From positions 1 to 48,392 of the forward strand of contig JNEM01010786.1 in assembly GCA_000697335.1 (NCBI GenBank): a DNA stretch of 48,392 nt, read 5' to 3'. The notes under the pieces were generated by a model that saw nothing but the letters and a program-made list of their open reading frames with translations, made no database searches and was not told the DNA's origin. The translations under genes were made by a program, and so were the position numbers. This document shows positions 1 through 12,000 of the stretch, piece after piece. The stretch is from Conidiobolus incongruus B7586. Its lineage: Eukaryota. Position 1 is the first letter of the stretch, and every line of letters starts with the position of its first letter.

Positions 1-2806
1 ACTATTATTAATCAAAACAAAATATAAAAATTTCTTATATATAAATAAATATATTATAAATATTAATTATATGAATATTTAAGATATTTTCTAATAATAT
101 ATTTAATTTTATCTTATATTTTAATATTATTAATTAATATATTATTTGAAAAATAATATAATTACATAATAAAAATTAATAAAATCTTTTTATAATTACT
201 ATATGATTTTATTAATTTATATTATGTTTTTATTCAGTCATGTGTTTATAATATAAATAACTATATTAAATATCAATTAAAGATCAAAATAAGTTATTTT
301 TAATTATTTCAATTTTAATCAGTAGTATTTAGCTGGTGTTTATTAATCTATGATTAATATAAAAAAGAATGATATTTTTAAAAGAGAGTACAAGAATTTA
401 AATAGTTAACTGATGTGATGCTTATTTCTCATCTTTCGAAATATATATATGATCCCACCTGTAAATGTCATAACCCTCATCAGAATTTCAATAAATTAAA
501 TATATAGATAATTTGCAAAATCATGTGAGATGAAATTATTATTAATATATTCTTCAAAATTTAATCAAAAAAATTGACTCATGCTGTTTAATTACAAAGC
601 CTAAATTCACCATTATAATTATTAATAAAATCAATTTGTATCATTCTAATTATATATTTTATTGAAAAGATTAATAAATAAAATAGTTTTTTATTTTATA
701 AATATAATCGTGTCATCTCTTGCAACTTCCTTATTATAAACATGATCAAGTAGATATTAATGTCATGAATTAGACTAGATAAAATATATTTTTTTTACAT
801 TCAAAATATTTAAACATTTTAGAAATGATATGAATACTAAAATATGGATCTAATTAGGTGAAAGGTCATTATTTATATATTGAAAATGGTCAAACTTGAT
901 AACATTTTAAAAGCATTGCTAATTATTATTTATCAAATATATATTCAACATAGTCAAATTTTAACAGAAAAATAATTAATCTTTGAATAGAACTAGAAAA
1001 AATTAAATAATAAAGTTACCATATATTATAATATTTCATATCAAATTACGATTCAAAAAGGAATACTACAAAATCTGAAAGGAATTTGAGATATTATGAA
1101 TATCTCAACTTGAATAACTTTCTCTGAAAACTTTTTGCAAATTTGAAAGATATCAATTATAACAAATATATTTTTCTAAATGAGGGACTTAAATGATCAA
1201 GAGTGATAACTGTCTCTGGCACTCAAACTATTAGCCAATAAATGGAAAGCATATAAAAATTTAAAATTCATTTAATAAATCCTCAAATATTTGTAAAATT
1301 TGAAAATTTTTACAACTTTTTATATTGAGGGTGAAAATTATATTGTATTATATTATTTCATATTATATTTAATATATACAAAGTGTATTTTTAGCATATA
1401 GAACATCTAGAGTTTAAGAAATTTATAATTAAATATAATGCCAAAATAGATACTGAATAACGGCGAAAGATCACTATATATAATTTGCTTGTAAATATAT
1501 TTTTATACTATCACAAATATATTTAAGATTACTGAGATATCCTTAACAGAAATAAAAATTTGTATTCCGACTTATATTGTCAATTTCCAGATTAATATGA
1601 AATTGTTACAAATTCACAAAATCTAACTATTTAAAAAATTCGGTTAAAAAACTTCCTTACACACACCTACTATCAAAAAGAAACAATCTTTTAGATATAT
1701 ATTCAAAAGTAAACCACAGTTTGATTACGTAAACATCTTATTCAGAACCGAAATATCCAATAAAGCTGGATAATTTTTACCATATGACCAATTGTTAAAT
1801 ATATCTTTCATCAAGATCTAAGTGATTTAATAGAATTGAAAATTTAAGAATATTTAACTGATTAACACAAAAATAGCATATTATAACTAAGTGACTATTA
1901 TCCAAATAATTCAAAGATGACATCGTTTAACTATATTTCATTTTAATACTTTAAATCTATTATGATTGTTATATTGATTTTGTATTAATTATTAATAAAT
2001 AATTTAAAATTTGAATGAAAAATAAATTTTATCCACATGAATCTAGTAAATCATCTGATAAATACTACTATTTTCGTTTGAATTTTGTTTTGAATTAAAG
2101 AATACTTAATTAAATGGCATATAATGGTATAGTATTGTAGTATAAGTACGAGATCCTGATACATTTAGTGTTATTATTTATGCTCTGACAACTATATTAA
2201 ATTATATTGATCTGCCAATATTACTAAAGTACATAAACTTTCTACCCAGAAAATCAAGAGTTGAAACTATCCTAATTAAGTCATGACAATTTTAAGGTTG
2301 AATCACATTGATATGAGTGGCTAATAGAAGTATTACCAAAAAATCAGGTGATGACAAAATTTCATAGAGTGGTGGATTGATTTGATATTGATGGAAAACC
2401 TCGATTATTTTGTTATTATTCAATTCTGAAATATTTGAATGATCATTGATAAGTAGTCGCCCCTTAATTGGCTTATTTCATGCAGATATGGGTTTGCTGA
2501 CCAAGGTGATTGGTTAATGAGGGAATCGTATGTTTCATTCGAAAGAATGAAAACTTTATTAGGTGTGTAGGTTAAATAAGTTACACAGATTTAATACTAA
2601 ATGGTGGAAACTAATTTGGAAAATTCAGTCACATCAAATGAATTTTATATTTATTGAATTAGATTAGAATATGAACCGTGTATAAAATGGATAGAATTAG
2701 TATAAATATAGAATCGAATACTTAATTAACTCTATAACTTTAATTTAAAATTTAAAGTGTATAATACGTAACTTATTTCAATATATATCTGTACATATAA
2801 TTCATA

Positions 2807-4342
2807 ATGGTAAGCAACGAAATTAATGTTCAAGAAATTTTTCAAGCTCTTGGATTATCCCAATCTGAAGTCAACAAGGGTGTTTACCACGGTGAATGGA
2901 CTGGTAACGGCCCCATAGTCGAATCCTACAGTCCTTCCACTGGTGAGCTCTTAGGCAAAGTCCAAACTGGTTCCTTGGAGGACCTCGAACAATGTACTGT
3001 TAAAGCCACTGAAGCTCAAAAGCAATGGCGCGAACTCCCTGCTCCCCGTCGTGGTGAAATCGTTCGTCAAATGCGTGAAGCCTTGAACGACAAGTTGGAA
3101 CCCTTGGGTAAATTGGTCGCTTTGGAAATGGGTAAGATCTTGCCTGAAGGTTTGGGTGAAGTTCAAGAATACATTGATATCTGTGACTACGCTGTTGGTT
3201 TGAGCCGTATGCTCAACGGTCAAGTTGTCCCATCCGAAAGACCTGGTCATTTTATGATGGAACAATGGAATCCCTTGGGTGTTGTAGGTGTTATCTCTGC
3301 TTTCAACTTCCCTGTCGCTGTCTACGGTTGGAACAGCGCCATTGCTATGGTTTGTGGTAACACTGTCCTCTGGAAGGGTTCTCCTACTACCCACTTAACC
3401 TCTGTCGCTGTCACCAAGATCATTACTAAGGTTTTGGAAGATAACCAACTTCCTGGAGCCATCTGTGCTCTCTGTACTGGCGATGTTGATATTGGTAAAC
3501 AATTGGTTGCTGATGACCGTATTCACCTCGTCTCTTTCACTGGAAGTACCCATGTTGGTCGCCAAGTTGCCGAAGTCGTTCAAAAGCGTTTCGGTAAGCT
3601 CATCCTTGAATTGGGCGGTAACAACGCCATAGTCGTCATGGATGATGCTGATATTGAATTGGCTATCCGCTCTGTTCTTTTCGCTGCTGTTGGTACTTGT
3701 GGTCAAAGATGTACCACCACTCGTCGTTTGTTTCTCCATGAAAAGATTCATGATGACTTTATTGATCGCTTGATTAAGGCTTACTCCCAAGTTAAGATCG
3801 GTAACCCCTTAATTGAAGGTAACTTATGCGGTCCTCTTCACACCAAGCAAGCCGTTGAAAACTTCAAGAACGGTATCAAGCAAGTTCAAGAACAAGGTGG
3901 TAAGATTCTCTACGGTGGTAAGGTCTTGGAAGAATTAAAGGGTAACTTCGTTATGCCCACCATTACCTCCATTTCTCACGATGCTCCTGTTGTCCAAAAT
4001 GAAATTTTCGCCCCTATCCTTCACACCTTCAAATTCTCATCCCTTGAACAAGCCATTGAAATGAACAACTCTGTCAAGCAAGGTCTCAGCAGCAGTTTGT
4101 TCACTACCAACCCTGCTAACATCTTCAAGTGGACTGGACCTTCTGGATCAGACTGTGGTATTGTTAACGTTAACATTCCTACCAACGGTGCGGAAATTGG
4201 AGGCGCCTTCGGTGGTGAAAAGGAAACTGGTGGAGGTCGTGAATCCGGTTCTGATGCTTGGAAACAATACATGAGAAGACAAACATGTACTATCAATTAC
4301 AGTGGACAACTTCCTTTAGCTCAAGGTATTAAGTTTGAGTAA
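2807..4342 (+). CDS. ALDH7A1: Aldehyde dehydrogenase family 7 (antiquitin / alpha-aminoadipate semialdehyde dehydrogenase-like), intronless
   Basis: 511 aa ORF. Family 7-type motifs [52 protein letters not shown] (catalytic Cys) and C-terminal LPLAQGIKF. Confidence 0.95.
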   Translation: MVSNEINVQEIFQALGLSQSEVNKGVYHGEWTGNGPIVESYSPSTGELLGKVQTGSLEDLEQCTVKATEAQKQWRELPAPRRGEIVRQMREALNDKLEPLGKLVALEMGKILPEGLGEVQEYIDICDYAVGLSRMLNGQVVPSERPGHFMMEQWNPLGVVGVISAFNFPVAVYGWNSAIAMVCGNTVLWKGSPTTHLTSVAVTKIITKVLEDNQLPGAICALCTGDVDIGKQLVADDRIHLVSFTGSTHVGRQVAEVVQKRFGKLILELGGNNAIVVMDDADIELAIRSVLFAAVGTCGQRCTTTRRLFLHEKIHDDFIDRLIKAYSQVKIGNPLIEGNLCGPLHTKQAVENFKNGIKQVQEQGGKILYGGKVLEELKGNFVMPTITSISHDAPVVQNEIFAPILHTFKFSSLEQAIEMNNSVKQGLSSSLFTTNPANIFKWTGPSGSDCGIVNVNIPTNGAEIGGAFGGEKETGGGRESGSDAWKQYMRRQTCTINYSGQLPLAQGIKFE

Positions 4343-4590
4343 AAACAATTTTACACTATCATTCAACAAATATATATATTCAAAATAAAATTAAATTACT
4401 TAACAATTAATATATGAAACGCAACTTTATTCATTAAGGTAATATTTTAAAAAATTTGAACTCCTTATACAAAAATTTTGAACAAGTTGTAAATACTAAG
4501 ATTGAAAAGGTAAGTATACATTATAACAATAATTGAATTTTTTGGAATAAAAAGGGGGGAATTCAATATAAAAATAAGAATTGTATTTAA

Positions 4591-4663
4591 TGCCACCACC
4601 GTGGATTGAACACGAGACCTTCAGATCTTCAGTCTGACGCTCCCCCAACTGAGCTAAAGCAGC
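4591..4663 (-). tRNA. tRNA-Phe (GAA), intronless, weak acceptor stem
   Basis: Reverse complement GCTGCTTTAGCTCAGTTGGGGGAGCGTCAGACTGAAGATCTGAAGGTCTCGTGTTCAATCCACGGTGGTGGCA folds as a 73-nt cloverleaf. Anticodon arm TCAGA-CTGAAGA-TCTGA; T5 run shortly downstream. Confidence 0.85.
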
Positions 4664-6087
4664 ACGTACTTAAATAACCTAAATGTAGTAAACTCCTTCA
4701 AATCACAATTGTCAAATTTATTTTATAAATATCAATTGTACATCCATAAATTTTTATCTTTAAATTATTTAATATTTTTACTTAATTTTGAATATTATGT
4801 TTTTTCGAATTATCTAATTTTTACATATACAAATCAATTTAAATATTTATTAAATTTTTAAATAAATTTTTTTAATCATTAAATGACGTATGGTTTTCTC
4901 AATTGAATTCATCTTAAGTAAATATATAATTCAATAATTATTATAATATTAAAATATTAATAATAAAAACACTACTTTATTATTTAATATAACTGATTAA
5001 TTTTAAACCAATTTTTATAAATTATTGTATAATTATCATTCATTATATCCTCAAAATATTGATTTTAAATGTTTTAATATTCAATTTTATTAATTTGATT
5101 TATTTTGCACTATTAAATAAATCATGGTAAGTATAATATACTACTAAAAATAAAAAATTTCAATTTATAGTCATTGATTTTAACAAGTATATTGATGTTA
5201 ACAATTGGAAACAAATAAAAATAAATAATCAACTAATTCTTTCTAAGGCATTTATAATTGGGTGAAAAATAGATATAAGACTGGGTTTAGTATCAGTTAT
5301 ATTCAGATAATTATAATTGATATTTATATATAATTTTCAAAATATGGAATTAAAAAGATTAGTGTATTAATTTAATAAATTTATTTTGAAATAATCTAAA
5401 AAATTGAAAAAAAATATCATTGAAACAGTATTTTGAATAGAAAATAAAAGATAATTAAAGCTAAGGAAATCTTAAATTTGAATTTGTATATGCACAAAAA
5501 TTTAGACAATTGTTACTAGATTTTGATTAGATATGTGATTATCATCAAGTCAACTAAAGTATTAAACGAAGTGGACGTTTCAATAAAATTGATGAAAGTG
5601 TGATTAATATAACTAAAATAACATATGATTGTTTGGAGACATGAAGTTAATATTTAAATTAATATTCAAGGTTAGAAAATTAGACAAATTTTGATATAAA
5701 ATTGGTAATTAATTAAATAATTAAAATTTCATTAATCAAAAGAATAGTTATATATACTTAACAAAATAATATAAAAAGTATATTTTGGTGATTGGGAATT
5801 GTTAAACATTAAATATTACAAATAAGAACAGTAAATCCTACATGAATAGTTAATGTTATAAACGTAATTTTGAAAGAAAATTGAATAGCTTACTTGGTTA
5901 AAAAATACATGTAAAATAACAATTCTAAATTTCAAAATGAAAATATTAGTACAATAAAAAAACGAAATTTGTATTTTGATATACACCATACTTTCAATAA
6001 AATCTATTAAACTAGAATTGGTTAAAAATTTTAATTAAAATGAGATTATTAAAAATAATACTACAAATAACAATTATACAAATAAAT

Positions 6088-6399
6088 TTAACCACCCGAA
6101 ACAGGAGGTATCAAAGCAACTTCGTCGTTCGGTTGTAAAATAATATGGTCAAAAGAGTCGGAGACGATGTAATTCTTGTTCACCGCTATAGTGGCAGTCT
6201 CCATTATAATAGATAATTTGTTATGGAGTTCGAATACTTTTTGGAGAAGGTGGTTTAATTTAAAGGGGGTTTCGTCTACTTCTATCATGTCAAAAGCTTC
6301 GCCATGTGTTGTAGCATCTCTAGCACCTGCAAAGTAGAGCACCTTTACATACTGTCTGGAAGTGTCATCGTCACTTTTTGAATTGAGATTATTAGCCAT
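6088..6399 (-). CDS. MOCS2A: Molybdopterin synthase sulfur-carrier (small) subunit, MoaD/CnxG-like
   Basis: 103 aa; VKVLYFAGAR, IAVNKNY and C-terminal DEVALIPPVSGG ubiquitin-like Gly-Gly end. Confidence 0.93.
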   Translation of the reverse strand: MANNLNSKSDDDTSRQYVKVLYFAGARDATTHGEAFDMIEVDETPFKLNHLLQKVFELHNKLSIIMETATIAVNKNYIVSDSFDHIILQPNDEVALIPPVSGG

Positions 6400-6627
6400 C
6401 TTCTGTGTTTTTTGAATTATATGACATCATTGAATAATTGATTATAATTCCTCATGAGATAAGGATCAAATGATAAGGTGATTATGGGATATTAATTTCA
6501 TCAAATTGAATCAATCCTAAATCCCATGAATTTCAATCTATGAATTGATCATATAAAATTTTTATTTATCATCATCTCAATCTCCGTAAAATTACCAATT
6601 TTATATTTAAAAACGTCAAATATTAAA
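6400..6627. promoter_or_regulatory. Probable bidirectional promoter between MOCS2A and ACP1
   Basis: The two start codons diverge with only 228 bp between them. Confidence 0.55.
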
Positions 6628-7017
6628 ATGCAATTAAACTTACTTCGTCAAGCTTCTCGCATCGCTCAACGCTCCACCCGCTTCACTACCCCCTCCCGCA
6701 TCGTTGCCGCTAAGGTCAACTACAACCAACTCAATTGGACTCCTGTCCGTTTCTACGGTGATGCCGGCTTAACCAGAGATCAAATTCAAGCCAGAATCTT
6801 CGAATTATTAAAATCCTATGACAAAGTCAACGCTGAAGCTCTTACTGCCGATGCTCACTTCAACCGTGACCTCAAGTTAGACAGTTTAGATACCGTCGAA
6901 GTTGTTATGGCCATTGAAGAAGAATTCAGTATTGAAATTCCCGACCATGACGCCGATGAGATCAAGAGCGTTGGTGATGCTATTGAATATATTTCCCGTA
7001 GAGAAGATGCTCACTAA
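6628..7017 (+). CDS. ACP1: Mitochondrial acyl carrier protein (NDUFAB1/Acp1)
   Basis: Arg/Ser-rich N-terminal presequence; DLKLDSLDTVEVVMAIEEEFSIEIPD with the phosphopantetheine Ser (DSL). Confidence 0.96.
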   Translation: MQLNLLRQASRIAQRSTRFTTPSRIVAAKVNYNQLNWTPVRFYGDAGLTRDQIQARIFELLKSYDKVNAEALTADAHFNRDLKLDSLDTVEVVMAIEEEFSIEIPDHDADEIKSVGDAIEYISRREDAH

Positions 7018-7511
7018 TTTTAACTATCAATTTATTATTAATTTGAATAAAAAACAAGTATAATTAAGTTCTTCTAATTAATTTGTTATATACACCTTTT
7101 AAATTTTTATATAAAATAAAGGATATTTGGTGATTTATTATTATCAAAACATTGTTATATATTCATAATTTTTAATGAAGTTATATCTATTATTAATACT
7201 GTGTTTTATATAATTATATCCTTAATACCAGTTACATAAAATGGTAATACTAATATTATCAAGAATGATGATATATTTATATATATTGATTAATATTAAT
7301 ATTAAATAATTTAAAATAGTAATGATATATTTTAAATTAATTGAGGATCAATACTTATAATATAATCGAAATACATTTTAAACATTCAAAACATAAATAA
7401 ATAATAATAACGGTATTTATAATGATGACTTGAATGAAGAATGAAGATATATATTTGTATTAAACATTAATCAATCAAATATTTTAAAGAATCGTAGTGA
7501 ATATCCATATA

Positions 7512-7861
7512 TTAATTCAAAGGTTCCAAAGCTTCTATGGTCACAATACTATTTCCTCTAATAACCTATAAAAATTTTTGAAAATTTGATAAATATGTTA
7601 TATTTAATATAAATAAATGAAGTTACTTACAATCATACCAATATCTTTACCAGGTAAGTTATCTTTAATTTCGATACTTTCGTCAATAACTAAATTCATA
7701 AATGGATCAAAACCTCTTAAAATTCCTTGAATTTTACGGTTGCCATTAATCAATAATTGAATCTTTTTATCCATATATCTAAATAAAAATATTAATCTAA
7801 AATGAAAAATTAATTGAAATTCTTATTACCTTTTAAGTTCTGGGGTAGGAGCTTTACTCAT
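7512..7861 (-). CDS. SNRPG: Small nuclear ribonucleoprotein G (SmG), 3 exons
   Basis: Manual splicing across two short GT-AG introns gives MSKAPTPELKR/YMDKKIQLLINGNRKIQGILRGFDPFMNLVIDESIEIKDNLPGKDIGMI/VIRGNSIVTIEALEPLN*, with Sm1/Sm2 motifs typical of SmG. Not in the ORF track. Confidence 0.93.
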
Positions 7862-9227
7862 TTTTATTTAATAATTATTTGAGTTGGATATAATATATGA
7901 ATATGAAAAATAATTTAAGTTTTTTTGGAATTGAAATTTATAATACACTAATTAATAATTATAATATCAATCAAGTTATTTAAATTTATTTCATTTTTTT
8001 AATTTGAATTATTATGGGATTCCAAATTGAAATTTATTTATTATTGTTAGTGAAATATGTCTACTTTATAAATTTTGAAAGATAATAGTTAAAAAATAAA
8101 TATTAATGAATTTAAATCATACAAATAATAATTCAACCTATAGAGTTCGAATTTATTGTATTGGCAATAGATTTTTGTGTTTAATATATCATCCTGTTTT
8201 ATTTCAAATAAACAATCATGTAATATTATTTTAAAAATCATAAACATAAAATTTCCAAATGATTATTATATACAATAAAATTTAATATTTTGATATTTGA
8301 TATAATTAAATTGAATATTTGGATTCTATGATATTGATCAACATGTGAACATATGCATAGATTTTCATTCACTCTCTAAAAATTATTAATTCTTTTGATT
8401 ATAATAATAATTAAAGATGTAATATATTATCAAATTAAAATTAGCTACCTTGACATTTGAATTCTATTCCATGAATAGTAAATATAAATTTTATATTCAA
8501 GAACAATCAAAATCATTTGCAACTTGAGGAAGTTACCACAAATAGACAAGATTAACTGTAAATAAATCATAAAAGCGTTGAATAATCTGCTAACAAATTT
8601 GTAAATGATGATCCCATCAAGAAAATGGTGCTAAGTGCCTCCACATATTTTCGAGTAAGCATGAAATAAAATTTGGGAATAATCAGAAAATCTCGAAGAT
8701 CTTTAACGAAGAATTATTAATCAAAACGATAAAGTTAATATTGAAGGTTTAATGATTATTTGAAATATATCTAAAAAAGTGTCAATTCATATAAATAAAA
8801 TAATTTTTTAATATTTAAATTTAAGTGATATAATCACAATTACTATCATATTTTTACAAAAAAATTTAAGCATATAATGACAAATTTTAAAATACTTCAA
8901 AATTTATACTTTGATTAAATAAAAATGGACCCTAGAATTGAATAAAAATTAGATAGAAATAATAAATAAATAGATTAATATTGATTTTGTATCATATTAT
9001 TTATTTAGAAATCAAGCCATGTATTAAAAACAAATATAATTTCTAGATGATTCACCGGTTTGAAGTTATCAAAATTGTTATTTATTTATATTGTAAAAAA
9101 TTGAGAATTATAAAAAAATTTACATTATATGTGGAAGAGGGGGAGTGTTAGAATTAGAAATAATTGTTGAGTGTGTAAGTATGTCTAATCCAAATGAAAA
9201 ATCAAATCAGATTCAAATCTTAAAATG

Positions 9228-11210
9228 TTACAGAGATGCTGGTTCCGTGAAGTTGGATGGGAAGATACCTACGCGGGATGCTGTGCCATTCTCTGAGATC
9301 ACTTGGCCTTCCCACCAGCCATCCAGCTGTGTGGCAAGTACTGCTACCATTTGGCCTTCCCGAAGTGGGATCTCTTCAGGGATTTCCGGATCGTAATCGT
9401 AGATTGCGCGCACGTAGAAGAGGATTGGGCGAGGGTCTTTGGTACCACCGGTGGCTGCAGCTGGGCTGGGTTCTACTTTGATGTCAGCAGGGGGTGATAT
9501 GTGACCGCTCATCATTGCTTGATGAGGTGGAGGTGATGATGCTCGAACAGGTCCAGGTCCCACAGGTCTACCTTGCTGAGATTGAGCTTGGGGTTGTGAT
9601 GGAGGTTGTGTTTGACCGATTGGTCTATTCATAGGAGTACGAGGATGGTGTGGAGATCCAGGACCAATCGAAGGATGATATTGAGGCATGCGGTGTGCTG
9701 GATGGTAAGGACTGCCAAACTGTGGATTAGGCTCAGGAGAGCTGGGACGAGAGCCTCTGGGAGGATATCCGTGAGCAACACTGGGGGTGCGAGATGGAGC
9801 ATGGGTAAATTGCGCAGATGGAGGCATTTGTTGGGCAGGGTGAGGTATAGGGGGTGCTGCAACTGTGGAAACTGGGACATTGATAGGAGTGGGAGGTATT
9901 GATGAAGGTCTTGATGCAGAGGTAGAGGATCTCTTTGCAGCCAAAATAGGACTTCTAGCAATTGTGGCAGTAACTAAGTCGTTTGAAATGATTTTGTTGT
10001 GATCATGAACAGAAGAGGGAATAGGGCGACCCAGACTAATAGGAATATTCATATTGGTGCCAACATCACTTCCGGGCAGATTAGATACGCGGGGACGTGA
10101 TTGAGTGTGTTGTAAGGATGACAAGATTTGAGTGAGTTTTGGACCTTCGCTGCTTGAGTTTGAAAGCTGAATTTCATTTTTTAAAGGTGAACCTCTCTCC
10201 ATACCTTGGTTAGATAAGGTCATTTGTGTTTCTTCACTGTGGGAAGGAGTAGGATACATTCTTTGTTTTGTGGATTCTAATCCATTTTCTTGCATAGTTT
10301 TATCATTTAACGACTCTTTCATGAAAATTTCAACATCAGAGCGGGGATCAAGAGCCTCTAAACTTTGACGAACTCTTTCTAAAGCCTAATAAATAATAAA
10401 TAAATTATTAGAATCATAATAATATTGAATAAGATATATACCTCATCATCAGAAACACAGCTAGAAGACATCATATTCACATATTTCCATAAAGTACTGC
10501 GAATAAATTGAATTCTATTCTCTTCAATAGCTTCATATTTCTATTCAAATCCAAATTAATAAAAAATTTCCCTTAAATATAATTTATAAACGAATTACCG
10601 AACAAGCTAATCTAGATTCGGTATCACAACGATAAGCAACCTCCTGATATTGTTGAACACAAGCGTGATACTCCTGGTCAACTAAATATCTCCTAGGGTC
10701 GTCACTAAATTTAGGAATTTCTTCCACTCTAGCTCTAGCCCTATTCAAATTAGCTTGGGAGGCGGACTTATCCTGACTCAATTTAGTCAATAGCTGCAAA
10801 ATATCCCTCCTCTGGCTCTTCTGCTGACTAAAAAACTCTTCGAGGGGGACCTTCAACTCATTTTTCAACTGCTCGGACAATTTCAAATGGACATTACTCG
10901 TAGTCATTATCTCCTGGTTCAAACTCTGTAAAGTTTTATTTAAACCTCCAATCTCATTAGGTCCAAAAGTATTTTGAGACAATTTAAGTAATTTTTGGGC
11001 GTATTCCTCTTCGAGTTGAGACCTCTGAATAAAATAATCCGAAAGTTGGTGGCCTGTTAACTTCCCGAGTTTACTCTTCTTTTCCCATTGGTCTATCGTC
11101 TGAGGCAACTATATCATATTATTGTTATTAAATATTTAATATTATTTTATATTATTATTTACTTCAGTAGCACTACTATAACTATTATTAATAAATTGAT
11201 TGGATAACAT
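9228..11210 (-). CDS. F-BAR + SH3 protein, Hof1/Cdc15/PSTPIP-like, 4 exons
   Basis: Exons approx. 11210-11163, 11108-~10600, ~10541-10442 and ~10385-9228. FCH motif (YFIQRSQLEEEYAQKLLKLS), then FIRSTLWKYVNMMSSSCVSDDE/ALERVRQSLE typical of the Cdc15/Hof1 F-BAR end, a Pro-rich linker and a C-terminal SH3 (VRAIYDY...DGWWEG...GIFPSNF). Confidence 0.88.
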
Positions 11211-12000
11211 AATGTAGATTAATTATATTTTAATTACACTTGATTATTATATAACATAAAAACCAATATAATAAATTTCTAACACTATGGTTTATAAATA
11301 GATAATATTAACTAATTAATTAACTAATTCTAATATTTGGAAAGAGATTAAAAGAAAGAGGAATAATATTCAATAAAAAATCAAATCAATTTTATAAAAA
11401 TTTTCCTAGTGATAAATTAAATATTCCCGAGAATTCAATTTGTCATATTTGAAATTTCTCATTACCTTTTCAATTTGCTTAAAATTAACCTAATTTATTT
11501 ATTAGATTTGAATCCGATGTATTCAGTTAAAAGAGTGTAATAAGTATTACATTTTTATTATTAATTCTTTGTAACGAATTTTAATCTATTTTTATAGAAT
11601 ATTTTTCCTTATAAAAGATTTAAATTGTAAAGATCCATTGATCTCAAACGATCAAAGATTTGAAACTTTGACAAACAATAAAAATAAGCAAAGATAATCC
11701 CTAACAATAATTATAACTAATATAGCTTATATTAAACTTTTATAATCTGTCAAACCTCTCAAAAGATTTTTGACACTGAACACCTAACAACGAATGTAAC
11801 TTTACAAAAATATTCTCTCACTATTATTTATTATTGTGTTAAATTCAGATTCGCAGCATTACCTGTAAATTGTCACATTAATCTACAGATAATTTCTTAA
11901 CAGAATTTAATTTTTAATTTTACCAAGATTTTACCTTTTGATATGAATTTTATTTGAATTAAATAATTAGGTTTATTATAGATATGTTATTATTGATTAT

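Noticed and set aside
2349..2429. GTGATGA...CTGA as a C/D box snoRNA
   Set aside because: No convincing terminal stem or rRNA guide seen; such boxes occur often by chance in AT-rich DNA.
2951..4296. Three antisense ORFs inside ALDH7
   Set aside because: Shadow ORFs produced by the codon bias of the sense gene; no motifs.
9145..9961. Short overlapping ORFs in the F-BAR/SH3 gene
   Set aside because: Alternative or antisense frames of GC-richer, Pro-rich coding DNA.
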